Source: Spirochaetia bacterium (GTDB taxonomy: Bacteria; Spirochaetota; Spirochaetia; UBA9216). Taken from it: a stretch of DNA of 64,000 bases. The stretch is taken from assembly GCA_963675665.1 (NCBI GenBank), contig OY776510.1:608001-672000 (forward strand). Direction: 5' to 3'. The notes below the pieces were generated by a model. That model was not told where the DNA came from. It saw nothing but the letters and a program-made list of their open reading frames with translations, and ran no database searches. The position numbers and the translations under genes are program-made. Shown one piece after another: positions 37,773-47,990 of the stretch. The stretch's first letter is position 1, and the number at the start of each line of letters is the position of its first letter.

Positions 37773-38195
37773 ATGAAAATAATTCAGAAAGAAGCGTCGC
37801 TGAAAGCCCGAAGCAGGGGATTTCATCTTGTTACAGCGGAAATTGAATCGCTGATTCCGGAAATTCGCGCCGTCGAAAAAGGTCTTGCATTCATTCACCT
37901 TAAACATACTTCAGCGTCTCTTACCATGAATGAAAACGCGGATCCGGATGTACGAACAGATATGGAATCAATATTCAGTAATTTAATCCGGGAAAACGAA
38001 CCATGGTATGAGCATACGCTTGAAGGTCCCGACGACATGCCTGCGCATGCAAAAAGTTCCATTCTCGGACCGCAGCTGACTGTTCCGGTAACAAACGGAA
38101 GGTTCAATATGGGCATATGGCAGGGAATATACCTGTGCGAACACCGCAACCGCGGAGGGTCACGAAAGGTAGTAATTACAATTCTGGCGGATTGA
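37773..38195 (+). CDS. yjbQ: YjbQ/UPF0047 family protein
   Basis: HTSASLTMNENADPDVR.D, EGPDDMPAHAK, G.WQGIYLCEHR. Confidence 0.93.
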   Translation: MKIIQKEASLKARSRGFHLVTAEIESLIPEIRAVEKGLAFIHLKHTSASLTMNENADPDVRTDMESIFSNLIRENEPWYEHTLEGPDDMPAHAKSSILGPQLTVPVTNGRFNMGIWQGIYLCEHRNRGGSRKVVITILAD

Positions 38196-38233
38196 TATCT
38201 CAATCCGCCCGGAATCGGCGAGTATTTAGTTTT

Positions 38234-40744
38234 TCAGATAAAAAGATTAACGTTGGCATCCTCTGCGGCATCCAGATAGGCTGCAACTCCTCCGAATTCA
38301 ATTCCATTAATCAGTTCTTCCGCTTTTATCCCCATAAGATCCATACTCATGTTACAGGCAATAAGCTTTGCTCCGCCGTCAACAGCCTGCTGAATTAATT
38401 CCTCAAGAAGCGGAACATTATGTTTGGTCATCAGCCCTTTAATCATTCCCGCGCCCATTCCGCCCATATTCATTTTGGACAGCTTCAGATTTTCAGCGCC
38501 CCTGGGCATCATTCCGCCGAACATTTTGCTTACAATATCCTTTTTTACAGGAACCTTTTCGGATTTTCGTATTATATTCAGCCCCCAAAAGGTGAAAAAC
38601 ATTGTAACCTTGCGGCCCATTGCAAGCGCGCCGTTTGCAATAATAAAAGATGCAATTGCCTTGTCCAGATCTCCGCTGAAACAAACCATAGTTTTGTCGT
38701 TTAAAACAGGCCGGGATTGTACCTGGTGGCGCCCGCCCAGATCGTGCAGAGCCTGATTAAGATCGCCCTTTCTGATTCTTGCCACAAAGGCCTTGTCCCG
38801 TTTTTCTATGTTAAGAAGCGTGTTCCCGGTTCGTTTGCACCAGGCGGCTATGTCGGATTTAAATCCCGGGTCGGTAACATGGATCTCAAGAACATCTCCC
38901 TCTTCAATATCAGCAATCTTCTCGTAGACCTTCTTTATAGGACCCGGACATGCAAGCCCGCATGCATCAATAACCAGTACGTTACCCTTATGTATATCAG
39001 CCATTTTTCCTGCTACCTCCTTTAAATCGACAGTTTTAAGTCCCGCATCCGCCGGACCGCATGTATCCGTTTTGTTCCACATTGCCGGCTGCCATGTGCT
39101 GAATCCGCCGGCCAGATTTTTAATATCTTTAAACCCGTGCTGGGTCATCATTCTGGCGGCAATATAACCGCGAAGCCCGGCGGCACAGTAAATTATGTAT
39201 TGCTTCTCCCTGTCCAGTTCTCCAAGCCTGCTTCGCAGTTCATACAGGGGAACAAGCACCGAACCGGGAATTGCGCCGAGTTCCTGCTCTTCCGGATCAC
39301 GAATATCAAGCAATACAGCGTCGGTGAAATTGTCCAGCTCGTTCCAGTTAACATTTTCAACAAGCCCTTCCAGCATATTCTCAGCAACATATCCGGCCAT
39401 ATTCACAGGATCCTTGGCTGAAGAGTAGGGAGGCGCGTAAGCCAGTTCAAGCTCAATCAAATCATCTATGGTGCCGCCCATGCGGATAACCGCTGCAAGT
39501 ACGTCGATTCGTTTGTCTACGCCTTCCCATCCGACAATCTGGGCTCCAAGGACCTTCCGGCTTGCAGGCTCAAAAATCATTTTCATATCCAGCGGAAAAG
39601 CTCCCGGATAGTAACCGGCATGTGATTTCGAATGGGTCATCGTAAAGAGGTAATCCTTGCCGTATTCTTTTCCGCCTGCTTTCAGGGCCTTCTCGTTCAA
39701 CCCGGTCGAAGCAGCAGTTATATCGAAAATCTTGACAATACTTGTTCCCTGGGTTCCGCTGTATTCTTCAGATCCTCCCAGAATATTCGCCGCTACCATC
39801 CTGCCCTGTTTGTTGGCAGGCCCGGCCAGGGGAATCATTGTAGGTTCACCGGTAATGAAATTTTCTATTTCGACAGCATCGCCTACGGCAAAAATATCCG
39901 GATCTGATGTTCGGAGGTTCTTGTCGACGACAATTCCGCACCGCTGGTTCAGCTTCAGGCCTGCAGCCTTCGCCAGATCCGTCTGGGGCTGGACGCCTAT
40001 TGCAAGCATTACAATATCCGCTTCCATCCTTGCGCCGTCGGCAAGCACAACAGCTGTTTTCCCGGGATCATCACAGGCTTCAAATGCTTTAACCATACTG
40101 CCCAGATGAACATCAACACCTTCTTCGAACAGGTGCCGATGGGTTATCTGCGCCATCTCAAAATCAAGCGGGGCCATTACCTGCTGCGCCGCTTCAACAA
40201 GTGTTACCTGGATGTTTCGCTCAACAAGGTTTTCAGCCATTTCAAGGCCTATAAACCCGCCGCCAACAACAACCGCGTGACAGGGTTCTTCCTCATCCAG
40301 CCAGGTCTTTATTTTATCAACATCCGGCACGGTCCAGAGCGTATGTACGTTATCACGGTCTATTCCCGGAATCGGCGGTTTCATCGGTTTTGAGCCCGGA
40401 GAAAGAATAATTTTATCGTAACTTTCGGTGTACTTTCTGACTATTTCACCTTCTGGGGTTTTTTCTTCTACCGAAACTTCTTTTGCTTCGCGGTCAATTG
40501 CGACAACTTCGTTTAAAACCCTTACGTCTATATTGAATCTTTCATTGAAGCTTTCCGGTGTCTGAAGAAGAAGGTTTTCCCGTTCTGAAATAGTCCCGCT
40601 TATGTAATACGGAAGCCCGCAATTCGCATAGGAAATGTACGGTCCCTTTTCAAACATTATTATTTCGACATGCTCATCAAGCCGCCTCAGTCTTGCGGCA
40701 GCACTTGCACCGCCTGCGACGCCTCCGATAACTATTACTTTCAT
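38234..40744 (-). CDS. CoA-disulfide/persulfide reductase fused to rhodanese, TusA and DsrE domains
   Basis: GGVAGG...SYANCGLPY, GGGFIG, YAPPYS; rhodanese CAAGLRG; TusA DACGLACPGP; DsrE FFTFWGL...ACNMSM. Confidence 0.93.
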   Translation of the reverse strand: MKVIVIGGVAGGASAAARLRRLDEHVEIIMFEKGPYISYANCGLPYYISGTISERENLLLQTPESFNERFNIDVRVLNEVVAIDREAKEVSVEEKTPEGEIVRKYTESYDKIILSPGSKPMKPPIPGIDRDNVHTLWTVPDVDKIKTWLDEEEPCHAVVVGGGFIGLEMAENLVERNIQVTLVEAAQQVMAPLDFEMAQITHRHLFEEGVDVHLGSMVKAFEACDDPGKTAVVLADGARMEADIVMLAIGVQPQTDLAKAAGLKLNQRCGIVVDKNLRTSDPDIFAVGDAVEIENFITGEPTMIPLAGPANKQGRMVAANILGGSEEYSGTQGTSIVKIFDITAASTGLNEKALKAGGKEYGKDYLFTMTHSKSHAGYYPGAFPLDMKMIFEPASRKVLGAQIVGWEGVDKRIDVLAAVIRMGGTIDDLIELELAYAPPYSSAKDPVNMAGYVAENMLEGLVENVNWNELDNFTDAVLLDIRDPEEQELGAIPGSVLVPLYELRSRLGELDREKQYIIYCAAGLRGYIAARMMTQHGFKDIKNLAGGFSTWQPAMWNKTDTCGPADAGLKTVDLKEVAGKMADIHKGNVLVIDACGLACPGPIKKVYEKIADIEEGDVLEIHVTDPGFKSDIAAWCKRTGNTLLNIEKRDKAFVARIRKGDLNQALHDLGGRHQVQSRPVLNDKTMVCFSGDLDKAIASFIIANGALAMGRKVTMFFTFWGLNIIRKSEKVPVKKDIVSKMFGGMMPRGAENLKLSKMNMGGMGAGMIKGLMTKHNVPLLEELIQQAVDGGAKLIACNMSMDLMGIKAEELINGIEFGGVAAYLDAAEDANVNLFI

Positions 40745-40844
40745 TGAAACCTGCCTATATACAAAGATTGTGATATTAATATATAGGCAGATTATTACGC
40801 TGTCAAGTTATCGATAAAAAAATCTCCAAATCGTCAGCCGATAT

Positions 40845-42062
40845 TCAATTTTTTTCAAAAATCAGATCTATTGCTGTCGCCGCAAGAATCCTTGCCGCCC
40901 TGAACATGGCATCCGCAGCTTCTGCCGAATTTGCCGTATCTGCCGCCGCACGCGAATGCCAGCATGTTTGCTCATCATGAGTCTTATAAAGCAGAGAAAG
41001 AGAAGGAATCATCCGGCTTACATCACCAAAGTCGGATGAAGCTTCCCATACAGGCAGCCGTTCAAGCGTCTCGCCTGCGGCATTCATATTGGCTGCCGCA
41101 AGCTCAAAAAGTTTCGGGTTGAAAAGAATCGGTTTTACAGCTGCCATTGATACCAGATTATGGCTGCACCCGGCGCAAGCGGCAGACGCCGCTGCGCAAT
41201 CCCTGATCATGTTTTCACCGGTTTCCAGGTCTTCTACTTCGGTTGAGCGCAGCATCACCTCTGTTGCTGCGCTTTCGGGAATAATATTCAACAGTTTTCC
41301 GCCTTCAGGAATAATACAGTGAAGCTTCAATCCTTTCGGCAGCTGTTGCCGCATCATGCTTACCGAGTTATAAAACATAACTGCGGCATCCAGGGCATTA
41401 TGTCCGTTCCATGGGTCAGCTGCGGCATGGGCAGCTTTTCCCGAAAATTCTATCCTGAAGGCTTTTCCCCCAAGGTCCTTAACGGCGACGCCGGTTCTAA
41501 TCCAGGGATGAAACATCAGGCAGTTTCCGATATTGTTAAAAACCCCGGCTTCAATAAGCCTGTTTTTTCCTGCTGTTTCGGTAAGAACCTCTTCAGCCGG
41601 AGTACCAATTACCTTGAAAACAGGTCCGTTAAATTTGGGAAGATATTCATTTTCAGCAGTACGCCGAAAAGCCTTTAAAGCTGCCGCTGTACCGGTCGCT
41701 GCAGCCGCGGCGGCGGCCGCTATCAGGTTATGACCACAGCCGTGACCGATACCTTCAAGAGCATCATATTCCGCAATAAATGCAACCGGTGTTATATGCT
41801 CTTCTGCTGTATCCCGTCTTCCGGAGCCGGAAGTTTCTTCCGTATGGAAACAATCGGCAATAAAAGCCGTTTCAAGCCCCCCGGCCGGTGTAGTTATCCT
41901 GAAGCCCCGGGCTTCCAGATACCCGACAAGCGCAGCTGATGCCTTTTTTTCTTTATACGCTGTTTCGGGGTTTTCATTTATATATCTGCTCAGAGCAATC
42001 AAGGAATCCCGTTCGGACTCTATTGCTTCGGATGCCGCCTGTTTTATCCCGGAATGTTTCAT
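40845..42062 (-). CDS. M20 amidohydrolase (Acy1L2/AbgB-like)
   Basis: AEYDAL, HGCGHN, GTPAEE, MFHP, G..AHAA..PW.G.NALDA, SSDFGDVS. Confidence 0.9.
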   Translation of the reverse strand: MKHSGIKQAASEAIESERDSLIALSRYINENPETAYKEKKASAALVGYLEARGFRITTPAGGLETAFIADCFHTEETSGSGRRDTAEEHITPVAFIAEYDALEGIGHGCGHNLIAAAAAAAATGTAAALKAFRRTAENEYLPKFNGPVFKVIGTPAEEVLTETAGKNRLIEAGVFNNIGNCLMFHPWIRTGVAVKDLGGKAFRIEFSGKAAHAAADPWNGHNALDAAVMFYNSVSMMRQQLPKGLKLHCIIPEGGKLLNIIPESAATEVMLRSTEVEDLETGENMIRDCAAASAACAGCSHNLVSMAAVKPILFNPKLFELAAANMNAAGETLERLPVWEASSDFGDVSRMIPSLSLLYKTHDEQTCWHSRAAADTANSAEAADAMFRAARILAATAIDLIFEKN

Positions 42063-42077
42063 ATTTATATTTTGCTT

Positions 42078-44087
42078 CTAACAGCGTTCAATGTCAACAA
42101 AAGTTGAATGAGTTCTTGAGCCGCCGGAAGGCATTGTCGGTTCTGTTGAAGTAAGTATATTTGAATAACTGCAATCCAGGCAGGCTGTTCCGGGAATAAT
42201 ATCTTCCGAAAGTTCTACGCCTATAGTCAGGCATCCGTCTTTGCTCTTAACTTCTACCGTATCTCCATCGACAATTCCCCTCGCCAGTGCGTCGGTAGTA
42301 TTCATAAGCAGCAGCGGCTGATTTTTTTCCATTATTATAAACTGCGAATTGATCCGTTTTCGCTGGTGCGGCGTGATCAGCTGAATTTTACCGGGCGGCC
42401 GGTAATCGGTGTAAACAGGAAACGGGCTTCCGCCGAGTTTAGAATATTCACCTGAACTTATTTCAATCCTGCCCGAGGGAGTATTCAGCGGGGAACCGTC
42501 CGGATCGGCTATAAAATCCGCGAGCGCAACGCGGGAATCATCCGCGCCGAACCAGATGCCGCGTTCTTTAAATTCGTCCGGTTTGTCAACTTCCGAATTC
42601 CTTAAAAAATGATCCAGCCATGCGGCTTCATCGCGGCCTTCGGTAAACAAGTCCCTGAAGCCGAGCCGTTCAGCGAGCAGGCTGTATATTTCATAATCGG
42701 TCTTCACCCCGGGCGGCGGCTCAACGGCTTTTGCAGAATACAAGAGGAAATTGCCTTCGGGAAAGACTATATCATTGCGTTCCAGAAAATCAGCCGCGGG
42801 CAGCACAACATCGGCCAGTTCGGCGGTCGGGGTCAGAAACATATCATGGGTTACAAAAAAATCAAGCGACGTCAGCGCCTTTGCTGATTTTTTGCTGTCG
42901 GCTCCCTGAAGCATATAATTTCCGCCGCAGTTATAAGCCGCCTTTACAGGAGGACCGTCCGGCAGCCCGGTTAAAACTGCATCCGGCCAGCTGTAAACCG
43001 GAACATACCGCATGTCGGCAAAAGATCCTTTCGGCACGGAGCTGATTTTTCCGCATCGGACCTTTGTCATAGGCCCCCAGATGTTTGCACCGCTCGATCC
43101 GCCTTTTACGCCGGTATTTCCCGTAACAGCCTGCAGAACCATTGCCGACCTGGCTGAATCCTCCCCGCCGAGGGTCCTCTGAATCGACAGACCGGGAATT
43201 AAGGCGGCCGGCTTGTATCGTCTGTAGCAGTCGGCAACCTCCCTGACCGAATCTTCGGATGTTCCGCAGACGACTGATGCCCATTTCGGACTTTTCACCG
43301 GATGCTCGTAGAGCCATTCTTTATATTCGCTGAAACCATGGCAGTATTTGGATATAAAGGCTGAATCTGTTCCGCCGTCCTCGCAGAGATCATATATCAC
43401 CCCGGCAATAAAGGCCGAATCTGTACCGGGTCTGATTGGTATCCATTCGGCATTCAGAGCATCAACCGTGCGGCTTTTTCTCGGATCAACCACAATCATT
43501 TTTACACCCTGATTTCTCAGGAATTTCAATCGGTTAAAAAGCTCGCATCCGAAACGCAGGTCGGCGATATTGGCCCCAAGCAAAAGTACAAAGCGCGTCT
43601 GCATCAGGCTGCCGGCGTCTATTGCGGCATTTGAGGTTCCAAACACATAGGGGGTTACAAAACTTGCCGCGGCGGAACTGTATGACGCCGTTGTTTCGGT
43701 ATATCCGCCGAAAAGTTTCAAAAACCGCTGCGTCAGCGTTGAGGTATTATGAAGCGCGCCCCTGCAGGACCCGCTGCCTCCCAGTCGTATTACCGTAGAG
43801 GCCCCGTAAAGCTTTCGAAGCTGCAACAGCTTTTCCGCAGTATAATCAAGAGCGGCATCCCAGGAGGCCTTTTCCAGCCGGTCCGTTCTGCGGTTAAGCA
43901 AAAGGGGGCTGACGAGACGTTCCGGATGATTTGTAAGCCTGTGTGCATTGTATCCCCTCGCACAGCCGCTCATCCACCTGCCCTTGCGGGGATTGTCGGC
44001 AATTCGTATAACTCTGTTGTCTTTTATTTCGGCAACAAGAGGACAACCCGCCCCGCAGTCTTTGTTGCAGCTAACCGGAACCTTCAT
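42078..44087 (-). CDS. Molybdopterin (bis-MGD) oxidoreductase, DMSO-reductase family, probably cytoplasmic
   Basis: CNKDCGAGC...C.RG Fe-S motif, YSSAA, PIRPGTD, D.FLTPTA..AD.VLP, L.TPSGRIE, TPH...RINSQ; no Tat signal. Confidence 0.9.
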   Translation of the reverse strand: MKVPVSCNKDCGAGCPLVAEIKDNRVIRIADNPRKGRWMSGCARGYNAHRLTNHPERLVSPLLLNRRTDRLEKASWDAALDYTAEKLLQLRKLYGASTVIRLGGSGSCRGALHNTSTLTQRFLKLFGGYTETTASYSSAAASFVTPYVFGTSNAAIDAGSLMQTRFVLLLGANIADLRFGCELFNRLKFLRNQGVKMIVVDPRKSRTVDALNAEWIPIRPGTDSAFIAGVIYDLCEDGGTDSAFISKYCHGFSEYKEWLYEHPVKSPKWASVVCGTSEDSVREVADCYRRYKPAALIPGLSIQRTLGGEDSARSAMVLQAVTGNTGVKGGSSGANIWGPMTKVRCGKISSVPKGSFADMRYVPVYSWPDAVLTGLPDGPPVKAAYNCGGNYMLQGADSKKSAKALTSLDFFVTHDMFLTPTAELADVVLPAADFLERNDIVFPEGNFLLYSAKAVEPPPGVKTDYEIYSLLAERLGFRDLFTEGRDEAAWLDHFLRNSEVDKPDEFKERGIWFGADDSRVALADFIADPDGSPLNTPSGRIEISSGEYSKLGGSPFPVYTDYRPPGKIQLITPHQRKRINSQFIIMEKNQPLLLMNTTDALARGIVDGDTVEVKSKDGCLTIGVELSEDIIPGTACLDCSYSNILTSTEPTMPSGGSRTHSTFVDIERC

Positions 44088-44163
44088 CCTGCTAATATAC
44101 ATTCATTTAAATATCAAAGCAATCTCGACAAAGTCATCCAGCCTTGGTAATATAAGCGCGGAT

Positions 44164-46101
44164 ATGAATACAAGAATTAACAAAGCCTATTTTCTGATCC
44201 CGATAGTATATATTGCGGTGATCGGTTTTTTATTATACATGCAATTTTCCGGTTCCAGATCTTTTCAGGCGGAGGTTTCCGGAATATCGATGAACGGCAG
44301 AACACATGCCGGGGCTCCGGGCAAAGATGATGAAATTACCGAACTGTCGGTCCACTGTAACGGTATTAATTTTTCTTTCGGCAAAAACAACCCGCTGCTG
44401 GTGTTCTCGCAGGACGGACTTACCCACAAAACAGTACCGCAGGATTACCGTGTTACAGCATCCGGAATTGACATCAGACTTACAAAAGGCATCAGCGTCA
44501 GCTTTTATTATTCTCCGAACGACAATGAAATAATTCATATATCCATTACGGCAGAAGATCCGGAATCTATTAAGTACATACATCTTCCGGTAGCTGAAAA
44601 GGAAACCGAACTCAGTTCCATGGAGGGCGTTCCGGTACTCTCGGCCGAATCGGAGACTCTCGGAAGCTTTTTTCTCACCCTTCCGGAATCAGGTACATTC
44701 AATGCTGATAATAATGTCATCGTCATATATCCTGAAGAAACGGAAACAAATGAACTTACCTTTGAAAAAGCTTCTGTTTCAGGACTGGACGCCTTCACCT
44801 ACTGGGTAAGCGGAAATGCCGATCTCATTACGCCGGAACAGCTCTCGCTTAAAATAACCGCCTATATTGAAAATGCCAACGAAAAACTTATGAACGCCCG
44901 TTACAACCAGACCAGGGGCACATGGGCAACCGGAACAGGATTATCCGCTTTCAGTGAAAAAGCGCTGATCATGGCCGCTACCGAAAGCATAGGGACCGCA
45001 TCATATGCCCGCACCATGGAGCTGCTTAACCAGGCGGCGGCAAGCCACAGCCGCGAACTTACCGGTTACAGCTCCGCGCTGTTCGGAAATATAGTAAACA
45101 CAATATGGAGTTACGACGAAGAACTTGATGATAAACCTGCGGAATTGCTGAGAAAAACTGATTCATTTGATTATTCCGTTTTTGAAGAAGACAAACTGAC
45201 GGCTGCTGTTCTGACGGAAGATTCCGCAAAACTGATTGATTCTCTTGTAAAAATGTCTGAAGAGATTAACGGGCACGATCTTACACTTGGCCAGGCCGCA
45301 GCAATGCTTGCCTTTTACTCGGAACTCTCGCTAAAGCAGCCGGAACTTGCTTTGCGCTTCGATAATCTTGAAAATATAATTGAATTATCGATTCTGCCTT
45401 CTCTTAAGGTGCTTTCAGACAGGCTTTTCATAGCAAACAGCAATAATACTTCACAGGTGTATCTTTCACTCAAAACCGGAATGCTGCTCATGAATATGCC
45501 CGGCAAAGATTCCGAAAATAAATATCAGTCAATAGGAGGGGAGCTTGTAAATTCGGTATTGCAGCTCTCGAATGATGAAGGGTATCTGCCTGAAACTGTA
45601 AGCCTGTCCGATACCGGCGATCTTCTTACCGAGGGAATTATTACCCCGGAAACGGTATATCCGCTTTTATCCGGCAGTCCGTACGCTCCGGCTGAAGATT
45701 ATTTTTACGCGGAAACCGGAGAGAAGATCTGCGTGCTTAACCAGGCTGAAACCTTTACTGTTGAGAAAAATGAAACCGGCTACAGAATAGCTTTCGATTT
45801 CCCTGCCGGGCTGACCCATACTTTCGCCGTCAGAAACATCCCGCCGTTCTACCAGATGAATATGCTCGGATACCGATGGAACTCTGATCATCGTTTTCAA
45901 AATTATTCAAGCGGCTGGTGGTATGATCGACAGCACAATACATTATTTGTTAAAATCCGTCACCGGGAAAAAACGGAAGAGCTGGTGATACGAACAGAGA
46001 GACCGCCCGAACCGGCGGCGCCTCCCGTTTCTGAAACTGAAACTCCGGAAACCTCTTCCGGAAATGAAGCAGGAACTGATGCTGCAGAAGCCAACGGCTA
46101 A
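44164..46101 (+). CDS. Hypothetical membrane-anchored periplasmic protein
   Basis: Long ORF with an N-terminal TM segment (FLIPIVYIAVIGFLLYMQF) and an acidic Pro/Glu/Thr tail; no recognised catalytic motif. Confidence 0.75.
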   Translation: MNTRINKAYFLIPIVYIAVIGFLLYMQFSGSRSFQAEVSGISMNGRTHAGAPGKDDEITELSVHCNGINFSFGKNNPLLVFSQDGLTHKTVPQDYRVTASGIDIRLTKGISVSFYYSPNDNEIIHISITAEDPESIKYIHLPVAEKETELSSMEGVPVLSAESETLGSFFLTLPESGTFNADNNVIVIYPEETETNELTFEKASVSGLDAFTYWVSGNADLITPEQLSLKITAYIENANEKLMNARYNQTRGTWATGTGLSAFSEKALIMAATESIGTASYARTMELLNQAAASHSRELTGYSSALFGNIVNTIWSYDEELDDKPAELLRKTDSFDYSVFEEDKLTAAVLTEDSAKLIDSLVKMSEEINGHDLTLGQAAAMLAFYSELSLKQPELALRFDNLENIIELSILPSLKVLSDRLFIANSNNTSQVYLSLKTGMLLMNMPGKDSENKYQSIGGELVNSVLQLSNDEGYLPETVSLSDTGDLLTEGIITPETVYPLLSGSPYAPAEDYFYAETGEKICVLNQAETFTVEKNETGYRIAFDFPAGLTHTFAVRNIPPFYQMNMLGYRWNSDHRFQNYSSGWWYDRQHNTLFVKIRHREKTEELVIRTERPPEPAAPPVSETETPETSSGNEAGTDAAEANG

Positions 46102-46113
46102 ACGCCGGTTAAG

Positions 46114-46440
46114 TTAATCAGTTTCACAACTGCATTTTACATTGCCTTTTATAATTTCTTTCCAGTCGCCTAAAACATCATGAGTCCAGCAGTCATCTGC
46201 GCCGGCAGCTTCCCTCATTACCAGCGCAAGGATATAAGACAATTCCTTGACTGTTGCCCCGGCGTCAAGGGCGCCTTTAAAATGCTTTAGCACACAGGGT
46301 TTTGATCTTGCCTTTATCGATAATGCAAAACAGATAAACTGATAGGTTTTTTCATCAATCAGTCGTTTTTCCTTATATAATGCATCTATATCGTCCAGCT
46401 TCTCGCTAAATTCGGGAAAAAAATTTTCCAGCATTCTCAT
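46114..46440 (-). CDS. Carboxymuconolactone decarboxylase/AhpD-family protein
   Basis: IDEKTYQFICFALSI...PCVLKH..GALDAGAT.KE; AGGAG SD. Confidence 0.82.
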   Translation of the reverse strand: MRMLENFFPEFSEKLDDIDALYKEKRLIDEKTYQFICFALSIKARSKPCVLKHFKGALDAGATVKELSYILALVMREAAGADDCWTHDVLGDWKEIIKGNVKCSCETD

Positions 46441-46508
46441 TTCGTTTCTCCTTACAGGGTTCTTTTTGCTGGTTATATAATATATTACATGAGCATTTTG
46501 GTATACTA

Positions 46509-47282
46509 TTATTTTCGTTTCAGCAACGGATTTATGAAGGCTTTGATTCTGCTGTATGTCGGCTGAACCTTTGATTTCTGCTGATTAAGATCTTTAAGCT
46601 TGCCGGCAAAAAAACTTGTTTCGAATTCCCATATACAGAATTGAACCGAGTTGTTCCTGTCGAAAACCGGGGTACAGATTATTCCGGAATCTTCAGATTC
46701 TTTCCATGACGCTCTCTGCTTTTCCATAAACACAAGAATTTCCGAAAGTTTCAGATCGGATCTGAGTTCAAGAATGTTTCCAATTAATTTGCCTTCATTG
46801 TCCTTCAGTATACGGCTTTTCAGCTTGTTGCTTATTGCAAACAAAACACCGTTTACATCAGTAACGGCGACAGGTTCGGAATAGCCTTCGCACAACGAGC
46901 CGGCAAGGCTGTTTAATGCCGAGATTCTTTCGGATCTCATGGCCGACAACTGGTTTTCATGCTTCAGAACCTTTTTTATTTCTTCTCCCAGAGAACCCAT
47001 TTCCCTGAATGCCTTCTCTGCATTTGCGCTGTGTATTTCGTCGAACGAGGTCAGCCTTCTGATAGTCTTCAATATTTTTTTATGATTTAACAGAAGAGAA
47101 ACTCCGACCCAAACCTGTATGATGAGCGCCGCCAATCCCCAGAAGAAAAAATTCTGAAGTTCAAGATCAAGAGACCATGATTTTCCGCCGTTTATGGAAA
47201 GCCCGGATACAACCAGCAGAAGAGTAACCAGGATAATAATAACTAAAGATATTACCAATCGTTTTAACCGTACTACAATCAT
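46509..47282 (-). CDS. Hypothetical 2-TM protein with a cytoplasmic PAS-like tail (third gene of the ktr operon)
   Basis: Two TM helices, a helical linker, then EPVAVTDVNG...PVFDRNNSVQF; starts 2 nt after the ktrA stop. Confidence 0.65.
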   Translation of the reverse strand: MIVVRLKRLVISLVIIILVTLLLVVSGLSINGGKSWSLDLELQNFFFWGLAALIIQVWVGVSLLLNHKKILKTIRRLTSFDEIHSANAEKAFREMGSLGEEIKKVLKHENQLSAMRSERISALNSLAGSLCEGYSEPVAVTDVNGVLFAISNKLKSRILKDNEGKLIGNILELRSDLKLSEILVFMEKQRASWKESEDSGIICTPVFDRNNSVQFCIWEFETSFFAGKLKDLNQQKSKVQPTYSRIKAFINPLLKRK

Positions 47283-47283
47283 A

Positions 47284-47979
47284 TCAGTTGTCCGTACTCT
47301 TTTGGAATGCTTCAAGATCTTCTTCGGTCCCTATTAAAATAAGAACGTCCCCTTCCAGAAGCTTGTCTTCCGGATCAGGGAAAAGCAGTGACTCCTTTCT
47401 TACCGCCGAACCTTCGGTATTCAATTCGGACACTGTTCTCCTGACACTGGTAAGCCTGAGATGAAACCGGTTAACAAGATCCAGTGAAGCCACACTGCTG
47501 TTTTCCAGCCCGTCGGGAAGATACATCTCGGCCAGAAAGATATGCTTGGAGAGCGCAACCTTTTCCATTACCGACGGCGCAATCAGGTTCAAAGCGACTC
47601 GCCGGCCCTGTTCCTCTTCGATATTTATTACCTCGTCGGCGCCCAGCTGTCTCAGTACCTGGAAATGAGTTTTGTTTACCGCCCTTGCAACAATATAAGG
47701 AACTCCGGTTTGTTTAAGAAGGTTTGTTGTGAGTATGCTTGCTTCTATATTGTCGCCTATTGCAACTATTGCGGCATCAACCTGATCAAACGGGGCCTCT
47801 CTGATTGAGTCTTCATCGGTTGCATCAAGCAGAATGGCCTGCGTTACGGAGTCCCTGATTTTATTAATCTGTTCAGGCCGGTTGTCGAGGGCTATAACCT
47901 GCCCGCCCTTCTCCATCAGGACCTGGCAGACTTTCCATCCGAACATTCCCAGGCCTATTACAGCAAAGGTTTTTTCCAT
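47284..47979 (-). CDS. ktrA: Ktr/Trk K+ uptake regulatory RCK subunit
   Basis: FAVIGLGMFG, DATD, VAIGDNIEASIL, LGADEVI, C-terminal RCK_C. Confidence 0.92.
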   Translation of the reverse strand: MEKTFAVIGLGMFGWKVCQVLMEKGGQVIALDNRPEQINKIRDSVTQAILLDATDEDSIREAPFDQVDAAIVAIGDNIEASILTTNLLKQTGVPYIVARAVNKTHFQVLRQLGADEVINIEEEQGRRVALNLIAPSVMEKVALSKHIFLAEMYLPDGLENSSVASLDLVNRFHLRLTSVRRTVSELNTEGSAVRKESLLFPDPEDKLLEGDVLILIGTEEDLEAFQKSTDN

Positions 47980-47990
47980 ACCCTAACCTC

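Noticed and set aside
43948-44163. 72-aa extension of the 717-aa ORF overlapping the Mo enzyme gene
   Set aside because: It overlaps a divergent gene and its promoter; ATG 44164 directly precedes the TM anchor.
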